Source: Amphiscolops sp. MND2022 (lineage: Eukaryota). Taken from it: a stretch of DNA of 64,000 nucleotides. Every line of letters starts with the position of its first letter. Position 1 is the stretch's first letter. Below the pieces are notes generated by a model. The model had not been told where the DNA came from. It was given only the letters and a program-made list of their open reading frames with translations, and did no database searches. Both the position numbers and the translations under genes were made by a program. The DNA lies in contig OZ076413.1 in the NCBI GenBank assembly GCA_964187785.1, forward strand, positions 68,262,001 to 68,326,000, read 5' to 3'. This document shows positions 25,390 to 36,700 of the stretch, piece after piece.

Positions 25390-25646
25390 GGATGCAGTGG
25401 CGCAGTGGACCTTCAATTAGGCCCTCTGAAGTCTTTTACCGAATCGATCAGGGGACAATACAGAGTTGTCTGTATTGAGTCGCCTGGCAGAGTGTTTTGA
25501 TGGGGATCGATCCGTTGACAGACTACGCCGCAACCTTCACTACTCGCCTTATCAACTGCGCCACCATCCCCGTTAGGCCGTTGCAATGGACACATTTATA
25601 AACTTTTGTTTGATGAACTTGATTACCAACCACTGCGCCGTCATCC
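25390..25646. mobile_element. Possible small MITE
   Basis: GGCGCAGTGG (25399-25408) and CCACTGCGCC (25630-25639) are inverted, with an imperfect outward extension GGATG.../...CATCC. No TSD seen. Confidence 0.35.
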
Positions 25647-25667
25647 ATATGACACTTAAAATGCAAG

Positions 25668-28600
25668 CTTAGAACATAGCAAGCGAGCTAGTGAGCGGTC
25701 GCGCTATGTCAACAAACAAATTCAACACTGCGCAACAATGCGTAACGAACAAATCTCAACTGAAATCATGAAAACTATAAAGTGCGGAAATTTTTTCAAA
25801 AATAAACCAAAAAACACAAATGATCCAGAAAGTACTTCAGAAAAGACTGATTATTCTGAACAATTCTCATCATTGAATCAAAATGCAAACGATACTCAAC
25901 CAGGGACTTCATCTTTATCCATTACTATTCTTTGGAAGAATCCCAAGCAGGACTACCGGGCAGTCGTTACCAATTTGAGCCCGAATTTCACCAGAGTACA
26001 AAAATTGTTTCGAATGAAAAATTTTCCTCCCTTTACTCGTACGCATTTACAAACTACTGAAAAACTACAAACGAGTGTTATGTTGCTATACTCTGGAGCT
26101 TCTCTCCAAGATTGCGACCGATTATAACGATTGCAAAAACTCACACAATCATTGGCAACCATAAGCTGCAAACCTGCATGGTTACTGCCCCCATAGAAGC
26201 AGAGGAAGAAGTGGCAAACATGCAGCTTACAGTACTACAAAGTCTAAATCGTACAATCCTTCCTACCGCTGACGAAAAATAGCGGTACAGCCTATCCATG
26301 TATTCACAAAGTTCACTTTACGGATTGAAGGATTAGCAATCTTATGCGGTGATGAAGAATTGCTTGGGGTGATTCAGATGCCATGCGGAGACATTCTTTC
26401 AGAAATTAACAGGCACTCAGTTACAACAGAAGTCGGAGTGGTCTACACTGGAACAACTCATGCAACACTCCAATTCAAAAGCGAAGAGGAAAAGAATATC
26501 CTAAAAGACTGGTCCAGAGCCAATGGTATTTTTGATACTTCTGATACAACGAATTGACATGTAATTACCATCATAGCACATGTACCACGACTTCATTCCT
26601 GCTCAATCTGTTCAACGCAGACAGGATGCGAATCTTTTGGAAACGATGAAGCATGAAGACCAGTCATCCACGTCCTGTAGAACCAATTGAAAAGAGAATT
26701 GCAGCTGATGACAATGATGAACAAATAGATGAGAACAATACACCACTGAATGAACGAGACAATAACATTGAACTAGAGGATGGAGAGATCGAACCAGATG
26801 AAGGAGACAATGAACAAGAAGATTGTTCATGGTATGAACAAAAGAGAAACCACAGTAAAAAAGAAAAGGCTCGGGTGCTAACCCCATCTTCTACGCCAGC
26901 AAAAAACAAGTTTCAAGCATTTGCAGATGAAACTTCCATCTCTCACCAAACTTCACCACGCAACAGATGTCCGATCCCACAAAAACAACTCTTTAACGGA
27001 TAGTATGGGGGTTTTTAGTCTAAATTGTAGAGACCTCGGCTCTAGCCAACGACTCATTGAGGTATGTTCTCTAGTCAATAGGGCTAAACACGCTGATTCT
27101 TTTATAATTTCACTTCAAGAAACTAAACTTTCGGAAATCAAAAAACAACACTTGAAAGTTATTGAAACTGAAAAGTTGAAATACATACCAACTCCTTCCG
27201 TAGGAGCATCGGGCGGGCTCAGATGCATTTTCCCAGAGAGAACTCATGCACACAAAAATGCTGAATGTAGCGATTGTCAAGCAATACACTCGATTCGTGA
27301 AAACATACTAATTTTGAACTCATATATTACCCCGAAAGATACATCCTTGACTAGCTTCATGAGCTTCATGAAGGACTTGGATTTATGAAAGTTCAAGCAA
27401 GTGTATCTAGTGGGAGACTATAACGCGATTTGTCCAGTAGATTTTCTTCTGAAATCAAAACACATGACAAACGACTACTAAAGTATACAAAACTTACCTC
27501 CACTCTAAATTCTTTTGGTTTCCGCGATCTGGCAAAAAAGAACTCTCCCGTTTCTCCCACACCTTACGACAAACGTATCAAACAATGGTCTCGACTAGAT
27601 TTTATCTACTGCTACCCGTCTAAGCATAATAAATTCTTGACTTCATACAAACGTCTTTTTCAGACCATATATTACTTTCTGCATATGAGCTCACCGATGA
27701 TGACTACGGCACAAACATCTGGAAACGAGATCACTAAGTGCTCCAAAACAAAGATAAAATTTCGGAAATTTTGAATTTCTACTTTAAAAGAATGAAATCT
27801 ATAAATTCAACCCAATACGAGTTATTCGAAGCTCGTTTACACTGCTCCCTGAAAAAACTTAACATACAAGTAATACAAGTTAAGCGACAAAGGAATGAAC
27901 ATGAAAAAAGTTTGCTCTCGAAAAAAACCCAACTGGAGAATATCATTTTGTCCGAAAGAAATAATGAAATGATTTCCCAATACGAACAAGCTGTGAACGA
28001 GCTTCGCTCTTATCGTTTTTCAAGATACCAGAGTAAAGGAAACTTGATCAAAGGTTTCTACCGAGACGTGAATGAAGGCGATCCGAAAGCTACGAAAAGT
28101 ATGTTAACTTCTAGACGTAAAAAAGCAACATTAAAATGCTGAAAACTGATGAAGGCGAAATACTTACGGAACAAACACAAATCTTAAATTAGATTCAAAA
28201 ATGGTATGAGAAAACATCGAAAGAAAACCTTTTTAATCTTTCTAATGGGACAACACCTGAGAGAATTGTGGACATTCAGGCGTCGTACATAGAAAAATAT
28301 GTACCTGTACTTTTTCGAAACTCATCTGTCTTTAATGAAAATAGCACTGAATATGAAGTCAGTAAGGCTATATCGAGACTTAATCAAGTTAGCGTTCCTG
28401 GACCTGACGGTCTCACCGCCAAATTGTAAAAATCAAATATAGATTTTTTTGCTCCGTTACTCACAGAACTATTCAATAAAATTAGTGAAACAAAACTCCA
28501 TGCTCAGTTTTCAATTATTAAACTTTTACCAAAAAAATCCACATCTGTAGAAATAGGCGATTTTCGCCCACTGAGCATGATGAACACTGACCAAACAATT

Positions 28601-30387
28601 CTGTCACATATCTTGTCTGAAAGAATTAAAGTATCGGTATCGGAAGTGGTAGGCAGTCATCAAACGGCCTGTTTGCCGAATAGAAGCATCCATACAACAC
28701 TGTTGAAAATTCGAAAAAAAAGCTAGCATAGTCATGATTGAATTCAGCAGTGCATTTGACAGAATAAATCGATTCCTTCTGATGCAGATTGTGGACAAGC
28801 TCAACATCAATGATATTACTAAAAAACAAATTAGGCTTATGTATGGAGAAACAATCTGGTTTGTTAAATTGAGCGGTTTTTGTCGCTTCCAATATTAATT
28901 GAAAGGGGTGTTAGACAAGGATGTTCGCTATCTGCTCTTCTATTCGACGTCGGTCTCGAACCTTTGTTACGTCAGATACAGTCAGATAAAGAGATAGTCT
29001 CCGAAAACGACCAAACCATCCTTGCTTATGCTAACGATATAACTGCGGGAGATATCATTGACTCGCTTCCCCGTCTTTTTGCTGACTTCGACCACTTCAA
29101 GCCCATTTCAGGATTGGAGATTATTGACACCAAAACTGAAACAGCCACCAATGGCATACTACCTGAAAATATTACTCCGTCAAAAACTATTGCAGTTCTA
29201 GGAGTACCTATTTGGCCCACTAACCATGATACCCGCGTTTCCGGTAGTCTCATGATACCCGCGTTTTATAGCCGAAATTGCTAGAATAGCTTCTCGATAT
29301 GCCCTGCAGTCCATGTCCTACAAAGCCAGATCAAAAAACATCGAAGTCTTTGTAACTTCCAAACTTGTTCATAGACTGAGACATCCTAATAATCGAAAAA
29401 AAACTGACGGGGAAATTGAATCGCGACCTAATTAACCAATTCTGGCAAAATAAAAAATATAAAGTCAATTCTGAGATCATACACTTGGATTTGAACGAAA
29501 GTTTTCTCAGGCTCAAAAACCTTCCAATTTTAGTTACAGCGTGTAAAATCATGGACTCGAAGGAATTTCACTTCCAAGAGCAAAATCGGTATCTAGTAGA
29601 AAACATTTTCGGGAGCTCTTTTTTTTCTCAGCGAAAGATTTAAAGTTGAATGCAGAAAGAAAAGAATTTTGGAAATCAGAGACCACAAACTGATGATTAA
29701 ACAAGGAGGCCTCGAAAAAAAATTACAGCAGATACAAAACCAGAGAAAGTTATAGCTTTCTGATAGATTTTTGTATCCGAACAAAAGCGATAGATAGGTT
29801 TTCTGAAGGCGCTCAAAAATTAATCATGAGAAAAGAAAACTTAATACTCTTCGTTCAAAAGTTATGGAAACTGGAATCTTTGCTAGCTTTCCAAAAAAAC
29901 ATTATTTATTATCTTCTGATGGGAAGTATCATAGATAAACCAGAAAAGTGGTTAAGAAACTTAGTCCCTCATCCCATTTGCTTCCAATGCGATGAAAAAA
30001 TTGAAACGTTTCATCACTTGATCATGGACTGCAGAAAAACGCGGGGTTTACGCAATGATCTCCAAATACGAAATTGGAAGTTTTTCTCCAACGACAGGGC
30101 CTCTTTGAAACCTAAATTCTTAGTATCAATATCGTATGCTCATGGACTGAAAAGCCAATAAACATTCAATATTTAATAAACGAACTTAAGAAAGATTAGG
30201 CTAAGTTTTTTCCTAGAGAACACTTTTTCAATACCTTCGAAATTGTTGAATTTTTCTTTCTTGACGTTAGTTGGTGTTTGACATTGTGCTTGATATCATG
30301 TTTTAAAGTTGTAAGTTATTTTGTTTATGATACTCTTAACTCTTAACCATTAACCATGATTACAAAGTAATCTATTTTTTTTGAAAT
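25668..30387 (+). mobile_element. L1/Tx1-clade LINE, near full length, inactivated
   Basis: ORF1-like region 25.7-26.95 kb. ORF2: SLNCRDL, LQETK, GASGG, NSYITP and LVGDYN (APE); PGPDGLT, FRPLSMMNTD, AFDRI, GVRQGCSLSALLF and AYAND (RT, YADD decayed); CFQCDEKIETFHHLIMDC (C-terminal CCHC). Many stops and frameshifts. Confidence 0.88.
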
Positions 30388-30736
30388 CTTAAAAGAATGC
30401 AAGTGAAAAGATTTTGGTTCCAATTGTGGGTCGAATCGTCATAATTCAATTTCTTATTAGAGTTGAACTTCGGAATAGCGTACTGTCAGAATAAATTAAC
30501 TCATGTAGTTACGTAATCGTTTGTCGTGACCTATAAAAAATAGTATTCTATAAGCGTAATAATTATTCAAAGCAGCATCAGGGACTGTAGTTTTTTGCGC
30601 CGCTAAAATCGCATAATGAGCCCGTAGTTTTGAGAATGCGAGTCAAAGCGCATAATCGAGCGCATATCCTGCTCTTTTTGATGTTGCTACACAAAAGCTT
30701 TTAGTTTATTAGCAAATAGATATCGTTCAAAAAAAC

Positions 30737-30805
30737 CCGTTGGCCAAATAGGATGCGTGCTAGCTTTCCGATCGTAAGATCGTAGGTTCCGATCCCGCTA
30801 ACGGC
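30737..30805 (+). mobile_element. tRNA-like sequence, probably a tRNA-derived SINE head or tRNA pseudogene
   Basis: CCGTTGG/CTAACGG can form a 7-bp acceptor stem. A-box-like TGGCCAAATAGG and B-box-like GGTTCCGATCCC. Anticodon and T stems do not pair properly. Confidence 0.4.
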
Positions 30806-33382
30806 AAATATTCAGAAAAGACTGCCTGAATTTATTTGTATTTTTACCATCAAATGTATTTCAAAGAGCTTTGAAAAAATGCAAGAAAAGCTAGCCGTTG
30901 TTTTTTACTGTTTGGTAAATTTACTATATAATTTTTGTTCTTTTGCCAACCAAAGCCTAATTTTGAATTCTTCCTGAGCATCATTGCCTCTATTGAATAA
31001 AGCATTAAATCCTTTGTTTCCAACCGAACTTTAGATACCGAAAATTACAGTCTTATCATGATGGAAAAGAATTAGAAACAACGCTTACGGATCTTTTCTG
31101 TTAATCCCCCCACTAACTTATTCCACTTCAGTTGATGGTCAAGAAAAATTATCAGTGAATTAATAGTAATGATCAATCAAATAGCAGTATTTTCTATAAC
31201 TGTAATTCATCGCTGATAGTGGTTGGAAATGAAATTTCTGCGCATACTGCGTGGGGGAGGGTTTGCGGAATATTCAACGAAAAAGACCATCTTTAAAAAA
31301 AGCTCATTTTTCTACCAACTGTAATGAAATTGAACAAAAAGGAAAATTTTAATGATATAATTGGTGTGGAATTGGAGATATTTTGGTTCCAATTCTGGGT
31401 CAAAACGTGAAGCTTCATTTAACAGAAGTTTGTTTCCGAGCACTATCTCTTCTAGCAATTTTCATCTGTCTTCAAGAGATAAAATATTATTAATATATAT
31501 ATTATTATGAGCGGAAACATATTATTATCGATCCGGAATGTGGGTGTACGAATTACTCTACTGAATAAAATTCAAGAATCTGAGACACTTTGCACTATTT
31601 GCTCTCTACATAATTGTCCCTATTGAGGCCTGGCATAAGTGGCAATTAATTGGCCCCATTAACTTGCCAAGACACAAAAATGCGGAAAGTAAGGAAGCTA
31701 AGGCAGTCGATATCAAAGGGGAATGAGCTCAGTGCACGCGTCTCAGTTTCCGAGATTTCATCAGTGCCACTACATCCTTAAGGGGAAGATACTACACAGA
31801 GCAAAAGACCAAGTTGAAGCTCTCAGAATTGAAGACAAACTGGAATAACTCGATGAGAAACAAACTTTCTTGGTTGACAAAAAAGTTTTGGAGAACTTGA
31901 AACTCGTTCTGTGGTGAATTTCAAAACACCTTCTGGAAAAGTGCTGCAAAAACACAGACAGTTTTTACAATCAGTTCTCGACGCAGCATGACTAAAAACA
32001 ATTTCTGGAGCAAAACATTTTCTTTTGACTGAGAATCCACAGCATCACTGAGAATCTTGAGAAAAAACCAGAAGACGTTGTACCAATACATAAAAAGGAG
32101 ACCGGGAAACTCAGAAAGATACGTAGAAAAATTGATCGAGGACTCAAAGATTACGGCGTGATTCCAGATAATTTGAGAATACAGATCTTTGAATTTTTCA
32201 ACTACGGGCAAAATGTCCTACCGACTAATGACGTGGAAACCGACTGATCATTTCACATCAACATGCTCTTTTTAAAAACTGGAGGGTCTCTGGAAAGCGG
32301 AAAGTGGAAAAAACAATTGCAATAGTTTTCAGCTAAAACAATGTCATTTGGTTGTGTGAAACTTGGCTGGATTCGAGTGTAGAAGACTCTCAACTACAAC
32401 TGAAAGAGTGCAAACTCTATCTAACAAACATTCCTTTTTGAAAGGTACTCCTTTCCATAAAGGTTCTCTAATCGCAGTGAAAATGCACGTGTATCCAAAC
32501 ATGTGGACATCGAAATATCTGACTGCTGTGAAGCCGGTTTCATTGCAGTGGATAAATTTATCCTGTGTGCACTCCACAACCCAAACGATGATAGCAAATA
32601 TTGTTTCGAAAAAACTGACTTTGAAAAAAAACTCCATTTTAAACTTCAATCAGGCCACAATCGTCTGTTTTGACATGATTTTGTCTACCATGAACTGAAA
32701 CATGTTATGCATCACCGACGTCTATGACCCAAATGTCAAAGCGTTCTTTGATCAGCACCTGCTTCGACAGATTGTTGACTTTCGTACTTGTTCAAAAAAG
32801 AACTGACTTGTTCTTCCACAGGATATGTGATATCTTGTCTTAAACTGATGAAGACTTCACGATGAACTTCAACATTGCAATTCTCATATCAAAGCAAATG
32901 AGACTCAAATGCTCGCATAGTCAACAGAAACATTTTTATGGAGAGTATCGAAGCTACGAGACTGACAAATTTAACAAAATCACAAACTTTACGCCAAACC
33001 AAAAATATTTCAAGCGTTTGAATTTTCTCAACAAAACCAACCGCCTTCACAAATTTATTTCCTAGGTGGCGCTATCAGCAGTTCGGAAAACAAATGAGCT
33101 CGCTTTTTCGTTGAAAGTCTCCACTCAGTCTTCTCCCCGAAACAATCATACACCCTGATTGATATCCGAAACGTAGAATCAAACTTGACGAAGTTTGAAG
33201 TCTCAAAACAAAAAATCTGAAAATCTGCACTAATCTATATTTCACCAAAGCAAGAAGTTCAAACAAATTCCTTCCAGTACATGTCGCAGGGATATCCGTG
33301 CGAGGTGTCCGGAGTGCAACGTAATTGAAGCAGTCAACGCCAGCATCATGATGCTTTAACACGTAATTTTGCTTGTAATTTA

Positions 33383-33758
33383 TACTGCAATATGCGGTTT
33401 GTACAAAACAGCATATGCGGTATTATTGACAAAACAACATATTGATTTCATACGTGCTTCTGCTTATCCTTCATGCTGCATTATGAGGTTTTCGTAGAAC
33501 AGCTTATGCGGTATTTCAGTCAAAACAGCATAATGATTAGTCACTCTGGTGCTCACACATATTATGGTGTATCATATGGCTTATGCGGAAACTTCAGGAA
33601 AACAGCATGATGAATAAAAGTGAAAACAGCATAATGAAAATATGTGCGGCGGCGCTGGTATATTATATGCGGTTTTCAAAAGACAGTATATGCGGAATCA
33701 TGACAACAATCAGCATAATCTGCATAAAATACCACGGTAATCCGCCGCTACTACAGTG
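33383..33758. mobile_element. Non-autonomous TIR element with internal short repeats (CACTA/EnSpm-like)
   Basis: Right end reads CACTGTAGTAGCGG on the minus strand; left end reads TACTGCAATATGCGG. Interior has many AAACAGCATA and TATGCGG units. Confidence 0.4.
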
Positions 33759-33771
33759 CTATTTTTAAACT

Positions 33772-36700
33772 TTCTAGGGACATGATGTAACGATTTATTT
33801 TAAATTTCTGACCCTAGAAACATGACGTTATGATGATTTGCGTAAAAATGACGGTCATGCTACAAAAAAGATCACCCAATGGAATCATATGATAAGAGAC
33901 GCTTAGGAAAATCATTTTATAACCATCACTCCACAAAAATCTCACATACAGCGCAGTCACTCAATTTCACAAACAACCCACTATCCCCAAACTCTGCAGT
34001 TTCGTTCCTCTGTAAAGATAACTCCTACAGTTTCATTTCACCCCAGATGTTTTTGTAATTGAAAGATTTTCGCACTCAACACAGTTTTCATCATGAGAAA
34101 CAAAAGAAATAGACGTTCTGAAAAAAGAAATATACAAAAGAAATAGTAGAATCTCAGTCATCAGACAGAGACGAAAATACTTCAGAAACAAGCTTCACTC
34201 AAAGTAATGCAACTTTGGTTGATGTTTCTGAAAATGTTATTAACATTTTTGACATGAACTTAGGTAGCGAGGTAACAGAACTTTCGCAAACCAGTAATGA
34301 GATAGAAGCAATAACCCATAGATTGTCTGAGGAAAACAGCCACAAAATGATACAAATTGAACAACAGCTGAACAGTAAATTCGAAGAGATACTCAAAGAA
34401 ATTAGAACAGAGACAGCAATTTAGCAAATGATGAAGAGGAGGACGCTGAGAACAACAGACCTAGTACTTCAGATTCAGAAAACAAGTCTCTCAGGAGAAA
34501 ACACGCATCAAATAATGAAATCGATAGAGATACAAGTCTGGATAATCGCTTTCCGTCCTCAGAATGTATGAACTAAGACAGCCGTCAACTGCTTTTGGAG
34601 TTGTAAATGAGACCTTAGTTGACAAAAATATATTAAACGAAAACAGACAGGAAGCTAATTATCACAGTATGTTTCAGAGAAACTGCTGAAGACTTGAGTG
34701 TTTCTCTGAAGAAACTATTCAAAAGTGTTGAACAACTACGAAGATTATCTAGTGCCTGGAAAGATGCCAGTAACGTAGCTGTTTACAAAAAGGTAAACAA
34801 CGACTACAGAATTAGAGACAAGTGTCACTTCTAAATATTGACAGCAATGCTTTTGAAAAGTGCTTGTATGATACTCTTTATCAATAATTCTTTTTTTCTC
34901 CAACACCCAGCACCGATTCGTCCGTGGAAGATCTATTCAAACGAGTATGCTGAATATTCGGAAAAACGACAAGCACTCCGGATAAAAACTTTAGTGATCC
35001 AGTGTTTCACCAGTCATCAGCCCTTTAAAATTGTTCGGTAACTACCAGAGCAACAAGTTCAGATCTATCATGAAATATGAATTCGAACGTCAGCTCTGAC
35101 AGCTAAATAACAAACACCAGGGTGTCACTATGAATACATCAAGGACGAAAATTATGGCATCTGTCCACTCAGCTAATACGGTTATCCTCTGGTAATAATA
35201 GGGGTATCCACTGGCACTAACTTTGCAAAGTTCAAGCGGCTTACATATTCTGGAAGATATTCTTTATTTTAGGTTACGACAGGCTCCTAATTCCACAGAA
35301 TACTTTCACAACTGACACAGCTGTTTTGTTACATCAATGCCCAGTGGATTTAGATTTGTCTGTGTGCCTCAAAGGCAAACATAAAACAAAAGACCGCGAT
35401 CGTAGATAGTCGACACTAGATCACTCTTCCCACTGCAGCCTTCTTGAAAACCCGGTATTATGGTACGAGTGCCGTGTAATGCGCATCATGCAAATAATGG
35501 CGCCATCAAGTCTGTACCGATTTGAGTGAAGAAAACATGGAGGCTGTAGACGGCCTAACCTCCTCTCGGGTGCGCGACGAAGATTTTGAAAATCAATGGA
35601 TTAATATCCATCAACGAAAAACTTGACACGATCATTCTTACTCAGGAGTAGCACCAAACACGACTCCTGGCAATAACACCAGAGTCGAGCAAGCACTTAA
35701 CTTCTATTTACCCGCAACTTCTATTACCTGTGGAAGCATCTGGACATTGTCGAAAGAACTTACAGAAGTCATCTCTGAAATCAACAAAATTGCGTCAATT
35801 CTAGGGACATGATGTAACGATTTATTTTAAATTTCTGACCCTAGAAACATGACGTTATGATGATTTGCGTAAAAATGACGGTCATGCTACAAAAAATATC
35901 ACCCAATGGAATCATATGATAAGAGACGCTTAGGAAAATCATTTTATAACCATCACTCCACAAAAATCTCACATACAGCGCAGTCACTCAATTTCACAAA
36001 CAACCCACTATCCCCAAACTCTGCAGTTTCGTTCCTCTGTAAAGATAACTTCTACAGTTTCATTTCACCCCAGATGTTTTTGTAATTGAAAGATTTTCGC
36101 ACTCAACACAGTTTTCATCATGAGAAACAAAAGAAATAGACGTTCTGAAAAAAGAAATATACAAAAGAAATAGTAGAATCTCAGTCATCAGACAGAGACG
36201 AAAATACTTCAGAAACAAGCTTCACTCAAAGTAATGCAACTTTGGTTGATGTTTCTGATAATGTTATTAACATTTTTGACATGAACTTAGGTAGCGAGGT
36301 AACAGAACTTTCGCAAACCAGTAATGAGATAGAAGCAATAACCCATATATTGTCTGAGGAAAACAGCCACAAAATGATACAAATTGAACAACAGCTGAAC
36401 AGTAAATTCGAAGAGATACTCAAAGAAATTAGAACAGAGACAGCAATTTAGCAAATGATGAAGAGGAGGACGCTGAGAACAACAGACCTAGTACTTCAGA
36501 TTCAGAAAACAAGTCTCTCAGGAGAAAACACGCATCAAATAATGAAATCGATAGAGATACAAGTCTGGATAATCGCTTTCCGTCCTCAGAATGTATGAAC
36601 TAAGACAGCCGTCAACTGCTTTTGGAGTTGTAAATGAGACCTTAGTTGACACAAATATATTAAACGAAAACAGACAGGAAGCTAATTATCACAGTATGTT

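Larger units (their letters stand above)
4120..31430. mobile_element. Putative giant composite DNA transposon carrying JmjC, RAG1/Transib-like transposase-BRCT, PHD-like and YR-SET genes (decayed; ends not defined)
   Basis: All genes share the same co-oriented intronic/intergenic motif and ~165-bp arrays. The motif resumes after the LINE at 25.7-30.4 kb. An identical 37-bp direct match links 4484-4520 and 31357-31393. Two recombinase-type genes are present. Confidence 0.55.
31770..35500 (+). mobile_element. Fragmented LINE (CR1/L2/Jockey-group-like), split by later insertions
   Basis: NVIWLCETWLDSSVEDSQL...GSLIAVK (APE) at ~32340-32480. RT-like LKKLF...WKDA..VAVYKK and VSLLNIDSNAFEKCLY at ~34670-34880. 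Interrupted by 33383-33758 and 33786-34666. Confidence 0.6.

Noticed and set aside
30737-30805. Functional tRNA gene
   Set aside because: D, anticodon and T arms do not pair properly, and the T loop has an extra base.
2058-31400. TTGGTTCCAATC motif as a branch point or other splice signal
   Set aside because: Orientation is fixed on + even in an intron of a minus-strand gene, it also occurs intergenically, and it is absent from the intron of the host gene at 43995-44690.
4120-31430. Endogenous DNA virus or Polinton/Maverick as the identity of the giant element
   Set aside because: No pPolB, packaging ATPase, capsid, cysteine protease or retroviral-type integrase motifs were recognised, and the genes contain spliceosomal introns. 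Not fully excluded without HMM searches.
3960-31760. Possible terminal inverted repeats at ~3975-4030 and ~31590-31750 (GTCTCAG, TTTGCACT, TATGCCAG patches)
   Set aside because: Only scattered 7-9-bp matches in AT-rich DNA, with no coherent alignment or TSD.
33786-36693. Young full-length LTR retrotransposon with two near-identical LTRs
   Set aside because: No PBS, PPT or TSD. The interior is LINE sequence, and identity extends beyond both LTRs, so it is a tandem duplication.
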